In this document: one piece after another, positions 41,301 to 49,793 of the stretch
Layout of the letters: each line of letters begins with the position of its first letter
How positions within the stretch are numbered: the stretch's first letter is position 1
Position numbers and translations under genes: made by a program
Origin: an uncultured Myxococcia bacterium
GTDB lineage: Bacteria > CAZTWC01
Reading direction: 5' to 3'
Length of the DNA: 52,547 nucleotides
NCBI GenBank assembly: GCA_964617105.1
Contig: CAZTWC010000004.1
Location: 1 to 52,547, forward strand
Notes under the pieces: model-generated
Database searches by the model: none
The model's input: the letters and a program-made list of their open reading frames with translations, nothing else
Told to the model about the DNA's origin: nothing

Positions 41301-44300
41301 TAAATTTGCCGCTGAATGCAGCCTGACCATACTCCTTGCCATCAAAAGCAACTATTTTGAAACGCACATGTTGGTATTTCTCCTGTCGCAAGTCATGAAA
41401 ACTGTTCCAGACATATTGGTGATTTACCCCGGCAATGGAAGTTGTCAAACTTTTGAGCGGCGGGCTGCTTTTAGCCTGGTGGGCAGTAAAGAAGGGAGCA
41501 CTGCTGTCGGGCTCGTCGGTAAAGGCGAAAAACATAGCCAGATCCACTTTGTCTGCCTCCTGGTCTTTTACCTGAAAATTGATATTAACCAGCCCCCGCT
41601 GGGGAGAGGTCGGGGTGGTGACAATCACCTGGGGCGGATTGTTGAGCCGGTTGTCAACCGTAAAAGGAACGGTGCAGTTAAAAGCCTGACTCACCAAGTC
41701 CTCAACCTGAATACAGAGTCTAACTCCCTGGTACAATTGTTCACCAAGATCAGCCCTGGAGTTCCATACAAAAATCATATTTACCCCGGTGGGAGCTGAG
41801 GGCAATTTGGCCGGCAACCGGATCTGAGTATCCTGGGCGGCCGATTTAAAGGTGGTCCCACCCAGAGAATAGGTGATCTGCCAGGACAATTCATCACTTT
41901 GACCGTCAAAAACGCTAAAGCCAAAATTGACATCCTCTTTTTGCAAACCACTGATAGGTTCGATAGTGATTGAAGGAGTAGTATTGATACGGTTGTTTAC
42001 GGTAAAATTTTCGCTAACGGTTTCCTGTCCCAGGGCAGCATCTCTGGGAATAATTTTAAAAATCACCTCGGATAAATTTTCCCCCATATCTTTGAGGCTG
42101 TCCCACTGAAAAACATGGGAAATTCCAGCCGAAGAACTGGCCAGGCTGGTAACTTTACCATCCTTACTGGAGGCTTCAAAATAACTAACACCGCCATCCA
42201 AAGAGTAAAAGGCATCTATATTTACGAAGGAACTTTCCTGATCTTTCAAGTAAAACACTATATCCACCCGGTCTCGAAGCACTCCGATAGGGGTGGTGAT
42301 AATCACTTCCGGCGGAGTGTTGGGCCGGTTATCCACCACAAAACTCTCACTGTCAACCGCAGCCCCTTGCTGCTCATCAGAAGGTGTCATTCTGATTATG
42401 GCCTCTCCCTGAAAGGAGTCGGCCAGATCATCATGGGAGCGCCAGATAAATTTGTACTCTTCACCAACAGGAGATGAGGCTATATCCTTGGTTTTGGTGG
42501 AATCGGGAGATGGGGTGGCTACCTGATAGCTTTGGCCGTTATCAGTGGAGTATTCCACTTTGACAGAGACCAATTCGCCCTCCAAATCTACTACTTTATA
42601 ACCAATTTCTATATCAAAACTCTGAATACCCTCTACAAGTTCTATGGTCAATACCGGCAGGCTGTTGATAGTGTTATCCAAGTTAAAAATACTGGTGGCC
42701 GTTTTTTGGCCGCTTCCCTGGGCATCCGAGGGGATGGCTACCAGAGTCATATTTGAGATACGATTGATCCCCAAATCTGCCACACTGTCCCAAACCAAAC
42801 TATGGGATACTCCTTCCAGGGATGCGGGCAGATTGGAAAGTCCGTCCCCGCCCTGCCCGGGAGTGATGCTGGTTAGAGTTTCTCCCTGGTCTGGAGAGTA
42901 GTAAACATCCAGGTTAACCAAATCTCCGCTATTATCCTTGAGAGTATAATTTACCTGAACTTGCTGCCCAACCAACGCTGGCAGAAGTTCAAATTCGATA
43001 AGCGGTTCGGTAAAAACATCTTTTAAATTGATGACAAATTTGATCTCTCCTGGAGTGCCTTGCTGCTCGTCTTTGGGAGTGATGCGGAAGTGCACCTCCT
43101 CTATATCCACCCGGCCCAGATCTCTAATGGCATGCCAGCCAAAAAAATAGGTGTTGCCAACGGGAGAAGCGGGAATATCCAGAATATGCTTTTCCGGGAT
43201 ATTACCAAACTCGGTGATAGCCATCCGGTCAGGATCGATAAAATTGGCTGGGCTGTAATTTTGCCCTCCGTCCAGCGAGTATTCCACCTGGATATCCACA
43301 TAGTCCGATTCCCGATCAGCCACTATATACTCCACCGGCACTACTCCCTCCCCCTGCATCTCATCCACCCCCAGAACCACCACCATGGGTGGAGCATTAC
43401 CATCCACGTTGTCCAGCACAAAAGGCTCTGAAAAGGCAGGTTCACCCTCATCAAAGTCAGAGGCCTCAATGCGGAAAATAACCCCATCGTGCCTGGTTTT
43501 GCCTAAATCGGTGAGGCTGTCCCAGGTAAAGGTATAATTTATTCCATCAACAGAAGAAGCCACAGCCTTGGAAAAATCAACCGCCCCTGCCACTTCGGAG
43601 GCGGTATTAAAAAGGCCTCCTCCATTGGTGGAGTAAAAAAACTTGAGATTAACCATGGAGTTTTCATAGTCTTTAACTTCAAAATTTATCCTCACCGGGC
43701 CGGTATTCATCCCCTGCAGAGGATAGATGGCCACCCGAGGCGGTGAATTGATAACAAAACGGTTGTCCACCTGAAAATCGGCGGTTTCGCCAAAGATACC
43801 CTCTTGTCCATCAGCAGGAATCACCTTTACCCTGACGTTGCGGGCCAGTTGATCAACAATATCGGTATCAGAACTCCAGGTTAACTTGTGTAAATATCCA
43901 TCCTTACTAGTGACCAGGCTATTTAAAGCCTCGCTAACAGTGGCGTCACTATAGGTTTGCCCTCCGTCAAGGGAAAATTTTACCTTTAGATCTACCAGAT
44001 CCTCCTCCTGGTCACTAACAGTAATCTCCAACTGAACCGGTCCGTGCTGTATTCCGGCTGGTGTAGCAACTATGACCACCGGTTTTTGATTTTCACCACT
44101 TGTACCCTGGTCGTTGTTGACCGTAAAAGACATAGTATGGACAGTGTCTTCATTTTCTCCGTCACTGGCAATAATCCGGAAAACCATATTTTCCTTTTTT
44201 ACGGCGCCAATATCGGTGCGGCTGTCCCAGGTAAAGGTGTATTTGATCCCTTCGGGTGAAGTTGCCAAAGGAAAGGGTGGAAAATCTCTGGCCGTGGCTG

Positions 44301-47300
44301 CGGACTGGTACAGAGTCTGGTCATCGGAGAAGTGGAAAGAAACATTTACCCCTTTGCTCTCTTCATGCTTAATAATAAACTCTACCTGGATCTCTCCTTT
44401 TTGTTCACCGTCCAGGGGCAAAATCGACAATTTCAAAGGATTTTCCAGGGTGATATCCAAATTATCTACTTCAAAGTCTGTGGTTTCCGCCGCAGTACCC
44501 ATCTGGCTGTCAGCCGGAGTGACTTTGACCCGAACCGTTTTTTGATTTTGATTTACAATATCCACTGCTGATAACCAGGTTATCACATGCCTGGTGCCAT
44601 TGGCGGAACTCTCCAGGCCCAGAGGAGAAGCCAACATGGAGGCGGCCAGATAGGTAGCCCCCGAGTCAATGCTGTATTCCACGGTAAGATCTACCAGATC
44701 CTCTTCAGCATCAGTAATGACCACTTGAAGCCCAATCTCACTCTTTTGTACTCCCACCGGAGACTTTATTATTGCCACCGGCTTTTCATTGTCAGGTCCC
44801 TCTCCTGCGGGCGAGTTGTCCACTATAAAGGGAGCAGTTTCTCTCTCCATTTGGATCAAACTGTCGGAAACTTGAATTTTAAAAACCACATTTTCCGCTT
44901 TTATCTCTCCCAAATCCTGGCTACTGTTCCAATAGTAAATATATTTTTCTCCCGCCACCGAAGTGGGCAAGGGGTTGCTGGGAAAAGAACGGGCAGTGGA
45001 GGCGGGATAGAAAGTAACCCCATCGGTAGAAAAGAAAAAGCGCGCTTCCACCGGGCTGGCTTCATCATCTTTGATTCCAAAGTTGATTGGTATATCTCCC
45101 TTTTGAGTCTGGCTAAAATCGCTGAATATCTCCAATTGCGGCGGTGTATCAAAGATCTCCCGGTTGTCAACCTCAAAGTCAGCGGTTTCTCCGGCTACCC
45201 CGGCCTTATTGTCAAAGGGCGTAACTTTGATTCTTACTGTGTCTGCCTGTTGCCGGACAATATCCACCTGGGACAGCCATTTAACAGTGTGGACAATTCC
45301 CTCTGAGTTAGTGACAAAAGAGTTTAGGGAAGTGGACATAGAGGCGGGTTGATAACTGGCCCCGCTGTCAATAGAGTACTCTACCTGAAGGTCAACCACA
45401 TCTTCTTCCGAATCGCTCAGGCGAATTTGCAGGCTTACTTCGCCGGTTTGGGTATCTTCCGGGGTGCTAATCAGGGCCACGGCTTTTTCATTATCAGATC
45501 CGCCCGGACCGGCGCTGTTATCCACCACAAAAGTCTGGCTGTCAATATTTATCTGGTTGACACCATCATTGGCGGCGATTCTGAAGACCACTCCCTCCTG
45601 CTTGATGTAACCAAGATCTGAAGCGCTGCTCCAGGTGAAAATATATTGCTGGCTGATATTTTGGGTAGAAATGGGATTTTCAGGAAAATCACCACTTAGA
45701 GTGGCGGAATAGAAATCTGTACCGTCGGTAGAATAGTAGAACCTTAACTCTACATTGTCTTTTTCCGAATCCTGAAGAGAAAAAACTACATCGATGTTGC
45801 CCTTCTTTACCCCTTCTAAGGCCGGTGTAAAAATAATTTCCGGCGCCGAGTTTATTGTGGGCCGGTTATCAACCACAAACTCCTCAGTTTCACCGAAAAA
45901 TCCCTCCTGGCCATCATCTGGATAGATCCTGACTTTTACTTTATCGACTCTAGCCGAAGGGATATCCACCTGTGAATGCCAAAGTATGGTATGGACTGTA
46001 CCTTCCAGAGTGGCTTCAAGCCCAATCAATTCACTGCTAACGGTGGCTTTTGAATATAAGATGCCTCCATCGATGCTAAATTCAACTTTGCTGATATCTA
46101 CCAGATCCCCTTCCGGGTCACTCAGGCTAACGCTCAAAACCACATTGCCTCTTTGGTCTCCCTGGGGAGTGGCTATGGACGCAGCCGGAGCCTTGTTCTC
46201 CACGCCGCTGCCTCCAGTGCTATTGTCAATGGCAAAGGGTGTGAAATGTTCTTTTATCTCACTATGGCCGTCATGGGCAATAACCCGGAATATAATCCAG
46301 TTTTCCTTGACATTACCCAAATCTCCCCGACTATCCCAGATAAAGGAATAGCGTTTGCCGGTGGGGGAACTTTCCAGAGGATTTTTAGCAAAAGCCCGGC
46401 TGGTGACAGCACCGATAAAATCGATATTGTCGGTGGAATAGAAGAAAGTCACATCCACAGGATCACTCTCTTTATCCTTTAAGATAAAGTCAAAAGGGAT
46501 TTCACCCTTTTGTACCTGGCTGAAAGAGTTGGTGAAAACTATTTGGGGAGCCTGATTGGTGGTATAGATGGTATTATCAACTATAAAATCAGCGGTTTCA
46601 CCGCTTACACCGGTTTCAATATCGCTGGGGGTAACTCTTATGCGTACCAAATTCTCCAATCGGTTGGGGATATCCACCTGGGAGAGCCAATGGAGAAAAT
46701 ATTTGCTGCCCTTGGAAGATGTGCTCAAGCCGGTCATTTGGTCGGAAGAATCCATAACTGCCTCCTCAAAGGAGTTGCCCTGGTCAAGAGAATATTCCAC
46801 CTGCAGATCCACCATGTCTCCTTCCTGGTCGGAGATATTAACTTCCAGTTCAACCCTGCCTTTTGCCGCCCCTGCCGGAGTTTTAACGGTAGCCACCGGC
46901 TTATGGTTGGTGTCCGGCCCGGTGCCGCCATCCGGCCGGTTGTCCACCGTAAAGGGGGCGCTGGTGGCGATTACCTGGTGCTTTCCGCTTTCTACTTTGA
47001 TACGGAAAAGCAGGTTTTCCGTCATAATTTTCCCCAGGTCAGCCAGGCTGTCCCAAAAATAGATATAATTTTTCCCCTGGACCAAAGAGGCCAGGGGATT
47101 GTCTGGAAAGGAACTGGAAGTGGAAGTGGCTAAAAACAGTTGCCCATCAGTAGAAAAAGAAAAAGAAGTGTCCAGGGGTAAAGAACGGTTACTCTTAAGG
47201 ATAAATTTTATTTCCACCTGCCCCTTTTGAGTCCCAACCAGGGGTTCGATAGTAATTTCCGGCGGCAAGTCATCCCTGGTATCCACTGTGAACTCACCGC

Positions 47301-49644
47301 TTTCGGCTGCTGCTCCTGCAGCGGTGTCAATGGGAGTGACCCTTACCTTAACGTTTTCTTCCAGTTTGTCCGGCATATCCTGGCCAGCCTGCCAATGGAA
47401 AAGATGCTCTTTTCCCTGGGCCAAGGCTACCAAACCTTTAAGACTTTCCTTCATGGCTGCCAGGTTGTAAGTGTTGCCACTATCCAGCGAGTACTCCACT
47501 TTCAGGTCTACAGAATCGTTCTCCGGATCAAAAATGGTAACAGTTAAAGGCACCTCTTGGGTCTGAAAACCGGCAGGGGTTTCAACTTCCACGCTGGGTC
47601 TTTGGTTCACTACTTCCGGCAAGTTGTTTACCTCAAAGGGAGGGGAATCTTTGGTAACCATATTTCTACCATCGTCAACACTTACTCTGAAAATGACGCC
47701 AGTTACATTTTTTTGCCCCAAATCCTTTTCGCTGTCCCAAATAAAAGTGTAGGACTTACCGGTAGGAGAGGTGGCTACCTGCCTGGTAGAAAAGGGTTGG
47801 GCAGAAGTAGCGGGGCTGAACAGTTTGCCATCGCGGGAAAAGAAAAGATCTATATTCACCGGGTCTTTATCTTGATCCTGGAGGCTGATCTTGATCTCCA
47901 CCTGCTTTGATTGTACTCCAGACAAAGGAGATATGTTGATCTCAGGCGGAGTATTATCTCGATTATCTACTGTAAAGGCACTGCTTTCAGCCGGGCTGCC
48001 GGATTTAAGGTCAAAGGGAGATATTTTTATTTTTACCTGCGGGTAGAGTTTTTTCTCCAAATTTTTACTGGCCTCCCAGACTACCTCATGGACTCTTCCC
48101 TGGGGAGAAGTTGGTAAATCGTTGGTTTTTGAGATTTTGTCCAGAAAGGCGGTCTGAAAGGTTATTCCATTGTCAATAGAATAATGAACTTCTATCCGAG
48201 CCGGATCATATTCCGGATCGCTGAGGTTGAAGGAGATTTTCACTTTTTGGTATTGAACTCCAGAGGGGGTGTTAACAGTGGCGCTCGGGGGGATATTGCC
48301 TTGGTTGTCAATATCAAAGGGCATAGTTACGGCAGGATTTCCCTGGTGGGCGTCTGAAGGAGTAATTTTAAAACGTATTCCGGATATCTTTACCTTACCC
48401 AGGTCATGTAGACTTCGCCAGACAAAAAAATGTTTCACCCCAGCGGGGTCGGAGGCCAGATCCTTAACCTTGGTAACCGATGTGTGGGTGGCCAGGCTGC
48501 AACTGGTGCTCTTGGGCAGGCAAAACTCCCCTTTTATGGATATCTTGTCGCTCTGGAGATCTTTTATAGAATATTCGATTTTAATAAATCCACCCTGCTC
48601 CCCCTTGGGAGTCAGTAGAGTTACTTCCGGCGGCGAAGAGAGAGGCCGGTTATCTACCGTAAATTGCCGGGAAATTTTGGCAATTCCGGGATTGATATCA
48701 GCCGGGATAATTTGGATCTTTACCTTAAACAAACCCTCTCCGGTATCATCCAAAGAGTTCCAGATGAATTTATGCTTGATTCCGGTTTTAGAGGTGTCCA
48801 GGTTCTCCCGGGGACCATCTTTAATGGTCATGTGAATAAAACGGCCATTGCCCAAATCAACCTGGGGAATTACACTGGCCTTGTCCGCCTCCGAGTCTTT
48901 AATGGTAAATTCAATGCTTATATCACCGCTCCCCGTTTCCGGGACACTAATAGATTCAATTTGGGGCGGAGAAAGATGAAGATTGTCGAGTTGAAAGGTG
49001 TCTGAAATTGCATCTTTTCCTTTGACACCTGGATACACCGCATCGACAGGAGTCATTCTGATCTTCACGTTTCCGGAAAAAGTGGGCAGGTCGGCGTTGG
49101 AGTGCCAGACAAATATGTGCTTTTCCCCTTTTGGAGAGGCCGATACTGCATCCAGTAATATAGTTGACGGTTGAGGCAACTGGGTAGCCTTTGAATAATT
49201 TTTGCCCTGGTCTATGCTAAACTCCACTTCCAGGTTGATGTCATTATATTCTCCATCAATAGCAGAAAACGAGATATCCACCTGGCCAGACTGTTTTCCC
49301 TGGGGCGTAGTTATGGTCAGAGAGGGCGGAGTATTTTCTTGATCAGCGTCAGTGCCCCCATCCGGCTCATCGGTGAGTTCTGTATCTCCGCCATCAGGTT
49401 CTTCGGTTTCACCTATTATTTTTGATAAACAGGTGCCATTGATACACATTTCGTTGACAGAACAATCATCATGGGATGAGCATCGTTTGGCCGATGGAGC
49501 ACTTGGATCGCCGCAAGCGGAAAAAAGAATTACCTTCAGAGTAAAAAGAAATATTAACATTATAGGCCGGGCCATAGTTCTGTAACTGATTAGGGCCTGA
49601 TAAGGTGGTCTATTTTTATTCCAAATCAGGTAAGGTGTATGCAT
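38353..49644 (-). CDS. giant surface lipoprotein (3763 aa), 31 tandem Ig-like repeats; paralog of 17978..25066
   Basis: AAGGAG RBS before ATG 49644, lipobox ILFSAC, C-x5-C-x5-C-x4-C motif, PDGG acidic linker. 31 repeats with the same W[DN]S..D / F.VDN consensus as the 2362-aa protein, counted by eye. Confidence 0.92.
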   Translation of the reverse strand: MHTPYLIWNKNRPPYQALISYRTMARPIMLIFLFTLKVILFSACGDPSAPSAKRCSSHDDCSVNEMCINGTCLSKIIGETEEPDGGDTELTDEPDGGTDADQENTPPSLTITTPQGKQSGQVDISFSAIDGEYNDINLEVEFSIDQGKNYSKATQLPQPSTILLDAVSASPKGEKHIFVWHSNADLPTFSGNVKIRMTPVDAVYPGVKGKDAISDTFQLDNLHLSPPQIESISVPETGSGDISIEFTIKDSEADKASVIPQVDLGNGRFIHMTIKDGPRENLDTSKTGIKHKFIWNSLDDTGEGLFKVKIQIIPADINPGIAKISRQFTVDNRPLSSPPEVTLLTPKGEQGGFIKIEYSIKDLQSDKISIKGEFCLPKSTSCSLATHTSVTKVKDLASDPAGVKHFFVWRSLHDLGKVKISGIRFKITPSDAHQGNPAVTMPFDIDNQGNIPPSATVNTPSGVQYQKVKISFNLSDPEYDPARIEVHYSIDNGITFQTAFLDKISKTNDLPTSPQGRVHEVVWEASKNLEKKLYPQVKIKISPFDLKSGSPAESSAFTVDNRDNTPPEINISPLSGVQSKQVEIKISLQDQDKDPVNIDLFFSRDGKLFSPATSAQPFSTRQVATSPTGKSYTFIWDSEKDLGQKNVTGVIFRVSVDDGRNMVTKDSPPFEVNNLPEVVNQRPSVEVETPAGFQTQEVPLTVTIFDPENDSVDLKVEYSLDSGNTYNLAAMKESLKGLVALAQGKEHLFHWQAGQDMPDKLEENVKVRVTPIDTAAGAAAESGEFTVDTRDDLPPEITIEPLVGTQKGQVEIKFILKSNRSLPLDTSFSFSTDGQLFLATSTSSSFPDNPLASLVQGKNYIYFWDSLADLGKIMTENLLFRIKVESGKHQVIATSAPFTVDNRPDGGTGPDTNHKPVATVKTPAGAAKGRVELEVNISDQEGDMVDLQVEYSLDQGNSFEEAVMDSSDQMTGLSTSSKGSKYFLHWLSQVDIPNRLENLVRIRVTPSDIETGVSGETADFIVDNTIYTTNQAPQIVFTNSFSQVQKGEIPFDFILKDKESDPVDVTFFYSTDNIDFIGAVTSRAFAKNPLESSPTGKRYSFIWDSRGDLGNVKENWIIFRVIAHDGHSEIKEHFTPFAIDNSTGGSGVENKAPAASIATPQGDQRGNVVLSVSLSDPEGDLVDISKVEFSIDGGILYSKATVSSELIGLEATLEGTVHTILWHSQVDIPSARVDKVKVRIYPDDGQEGFFGETEEFVVDNRPTINSAPEIIFTPALEGVKKGNIDVVFSLQDSEKDNVELRFYYSTDGTDFYSATLSGDFPENPISTQNISQQYIFTWSSASDLGYIKQEGVVFRIAANDGVNQINIDSQTFVVDNSAGPGGSDNEKAVALISTPEDTQTGEVSLQIRLSDSEEDVVDLQVEYSIDSGASYQPASMSTSLNSFVTNSEGIVHTVKWLSQVDIVRQQADTVRIKVTPFDNKAGVAGETADFEVDNREIFDTPPQLEIFSDFSQTQKGDIPINFGIKDDEASPVEARFFFSTDGVTFYPASTARSFPSNPLPTSVAGEKYIYYWNSSQDLGEIKAENVVFKIQVSDSLIQMERETAPFIVDNSPAGEGPDNEKPVAIIKSPVGVQKSEIGLQVVITDAEEDLVDLTVEYSIDSGATYLAASMLASPLGLESSANGTRHVITWLSAVDIVNQNQKTVRVKVTPADSQMGTAAETTDFEVDNLDITLENPLKLSILPLDGEQKGEIQVEFIIKHEESKGVNVSFHFSDDQTLYQSAATARDFPPFPLATSPEGIKYTFTWDSRTDIGAVKKENMVFRIIASDGENEDTVHTMSFTVNNDQGTSGENQKPVVIVATPAGIQHGPVQLEITVSDQEEDLVDLKVKFSLDGGQTYSDATVSEALNSLVTSKDGYLHKLTWSSDTDIVDQLARNVRVKVIPADGQEGIFGETADFQVDNRFVINSPPRVAIYPLQGMNTGPVRINFEVKDYENSMVNLKFFYSTNGGGLFNTASEVAGAVDFSKAVASSVDGINYTFTWDSLTDLGKTRHDGVIFRIEASDFDEGEPAFSEPFVLDNVDGNAPPMVVVLGVDEMQGEGVVPVEYIVADRESDYVDIQVEYSLDGGQNYSPANFIDPDRMAITEFGNIPEKHILDIPASPVGNTYFFGWHAIRDLGRVDIEEVHFRITPKDEQQGTPGEIKFVINLKDVFTEPLIEFELLPALVGQQVQVNYTLKDNSGDLVNLDVYYSPDQGETLTSITPGQGGDGLSNLPASLEGVSHSLVWDSVADLGINRISNMTLVAIPSDAQGSGQKTATSIFNLDNTINSLPVLTIELVEGIQSFDIEIGYKVVDLEGELVSVKVEYSTDNGQSYQVATPSPDSTKTKDIASSPVGEEYKFIWRSHDDLADSFQGEAIIRMTPSDEQQGAAVDSESFVVDNRPNTPPEVIITTPIGVLRDRVDIVFYLKDQESSFVNIDAFYSLDGGVSYFEASSKDGKVTSLASSSAGISHVFQWDSLKDMGENLSEVIFKIIPRDAALGQETVSENFTVNNRINTTPSITIEPISGLQKEDVNFGFSVFDGQSDELSWQITYSLGGTTFKSAAQDTQIRLPAKLPSAPTGVNMIFVWNSRADLGEQLYQGVRLCIQVEDLVSQAFNCTVPFTVDNRLNNPPQVIVTTPTSPQRGLVNINFQVKDQEADKVDLAMFFAFTDEPDSSAPFFTAHQAKSSPPLKSLTTSIAGVNHQYVWNSFHDLRQEKYQHVRFKIVAFDGKEYGQAAFSGKFTVDNAGGNTAPQLTLIYIPTSPVSGNVGFKFKLEDSEYSPTEVTVEVKEENGTFQPATLAPESKSMKELSSAPEPDGVEHIFSWNSVADFGLQGPKKIKFRFTPKDSLLGTSVVTSLMEVDNRQLSPPVVTIQTPAGRQSNQVEINFTLKDGQSHSAFILPQFSIDGGVSYMAATPVDGSEDAYVDQGRLTSPLGIEYVFKWNSSQDVVNKLVDKVYFRITPSDAESAGEPVITGEFQLDNRKPNTRPRVAVFTPATIQRDKVEIAYFLIDDDDDICSVTVDVSIDGINFVPATRIVGQGDDLDNLETSKDGKMYSFVWDSMADLGAKEERQVVIKMEASDSARGEPRQTAAFAVDNRANKPPTVIIDPPLTGIFSGDIEVKYLIKDETSNLAAITAEVKSNDFDYQQCTSAADSGPVVQLESSAEGIEHNFTWDSHGQVNGKRDENIIFRLQAKDFASQFDPLRSDLTGPFIVDNSGTNTPPEVIIISSFSDVQDGNVTFKYKLKDAQSDPLSVKVEFRIETETDYSLASVAPGQEQQSAVTNLTSSPQGEEHTFVWNSLQDLGLIGRTGVYLQITPTDIVDGSSSESELFFIDNSGLATPVIQVENLFGKQRGKVKIDYNLKEKSSTRADIFVEYSLDGQTYFPAAMAEECEGNSELATSAEGVKHNFIWDSFVDLEYRHFNSVTLRLTPFTKEATGLAVTLAPFELDNINTPPQVVIKGPVGELKGRIKFEYTVIDAESDPVNLAVSFVTMPVNEGDDFSGLTLADDSPKIEGVASSPQGKDHHFIWNSKKDIDGFEFKVMIKIKPNDEAEGKEVLSDEFDIDNRNPRVSVASVTAPTGLTSGNIEINFTLTAPEATSSSIEVYYIYDEKDGTIEIDNDGGEVPDSVLQDAGVGEQPDGGETNAKTRVLATVVNEAQTVFNLTATPGGSLHTVKWDSAKDFPDTCYTDVQIEIVPFNPAFGDSGASNLFTVNNSREACK

Positions 49645-49712
49645 ATGATTCTCCTTGATTATAAGGGCCTTATTTTATCCGAATCGATCCTTTTTGAACG
49701 AAGTAAAATTAA

Positions 49713-49744
49713 ATTATTGACTTAATTTCATATTTTGTCATAAT
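49713..49744. promoter_or_regulatory. candidate overlapping divergent promoters for the giant-protein cluster and the PEGA gene
   Basis: Plus strand: TTGACT(49717-49722)-16 bp-CATAAT(49739-49744) with TGn extension. Minus strand: ATGACA(49741-49736)-17 bp-AATAAT(49718-49713). The AT-rich context lowers specificity. Confidence 0.35.
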
Positions 49745-49793
49745 TTTGTAAAATTTTCTATAGGAAAAATGACCTATACAGTCGGAGTTGACC

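Noticed and set aside
17978-49644. CRISPR array, DGR template/variable repeats, or recent DNA-level tandem duplication
   Set aside because: Repeats are evident at protein level with only short nucleotide matches. No identical repeat-spacer units, adenine-specific paired repeats or reverse transcriptase were seen by eye; a dot-plot would be needed to exclude them formally.
17978-49644. The many 60-240 aa plus-strand and alternate-frame ORFs inside the giant genes (and inside purL)
   Set aside because: They are shadow ORFs fully overlapping long, motif-supported CDSs and have no recognisable motifs.
17978-49644. T1SS/RTX, autotransporter or T9SS export signals on the giant proteins
   Set aside because: No GGxGxD nonapeptide runs, C-terminal barrel with terminal Phe, or CTD/PEP-CTERM tail was found; only N-terminal lipoboxes.
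49661-49673. Palindrome ATAAGG-G-CCTTAT upstream of the giant cluster RBS
   Set aside because: Only 6-bp arms in AT-rich DNA and a single occurrence; too weak to call an operator.
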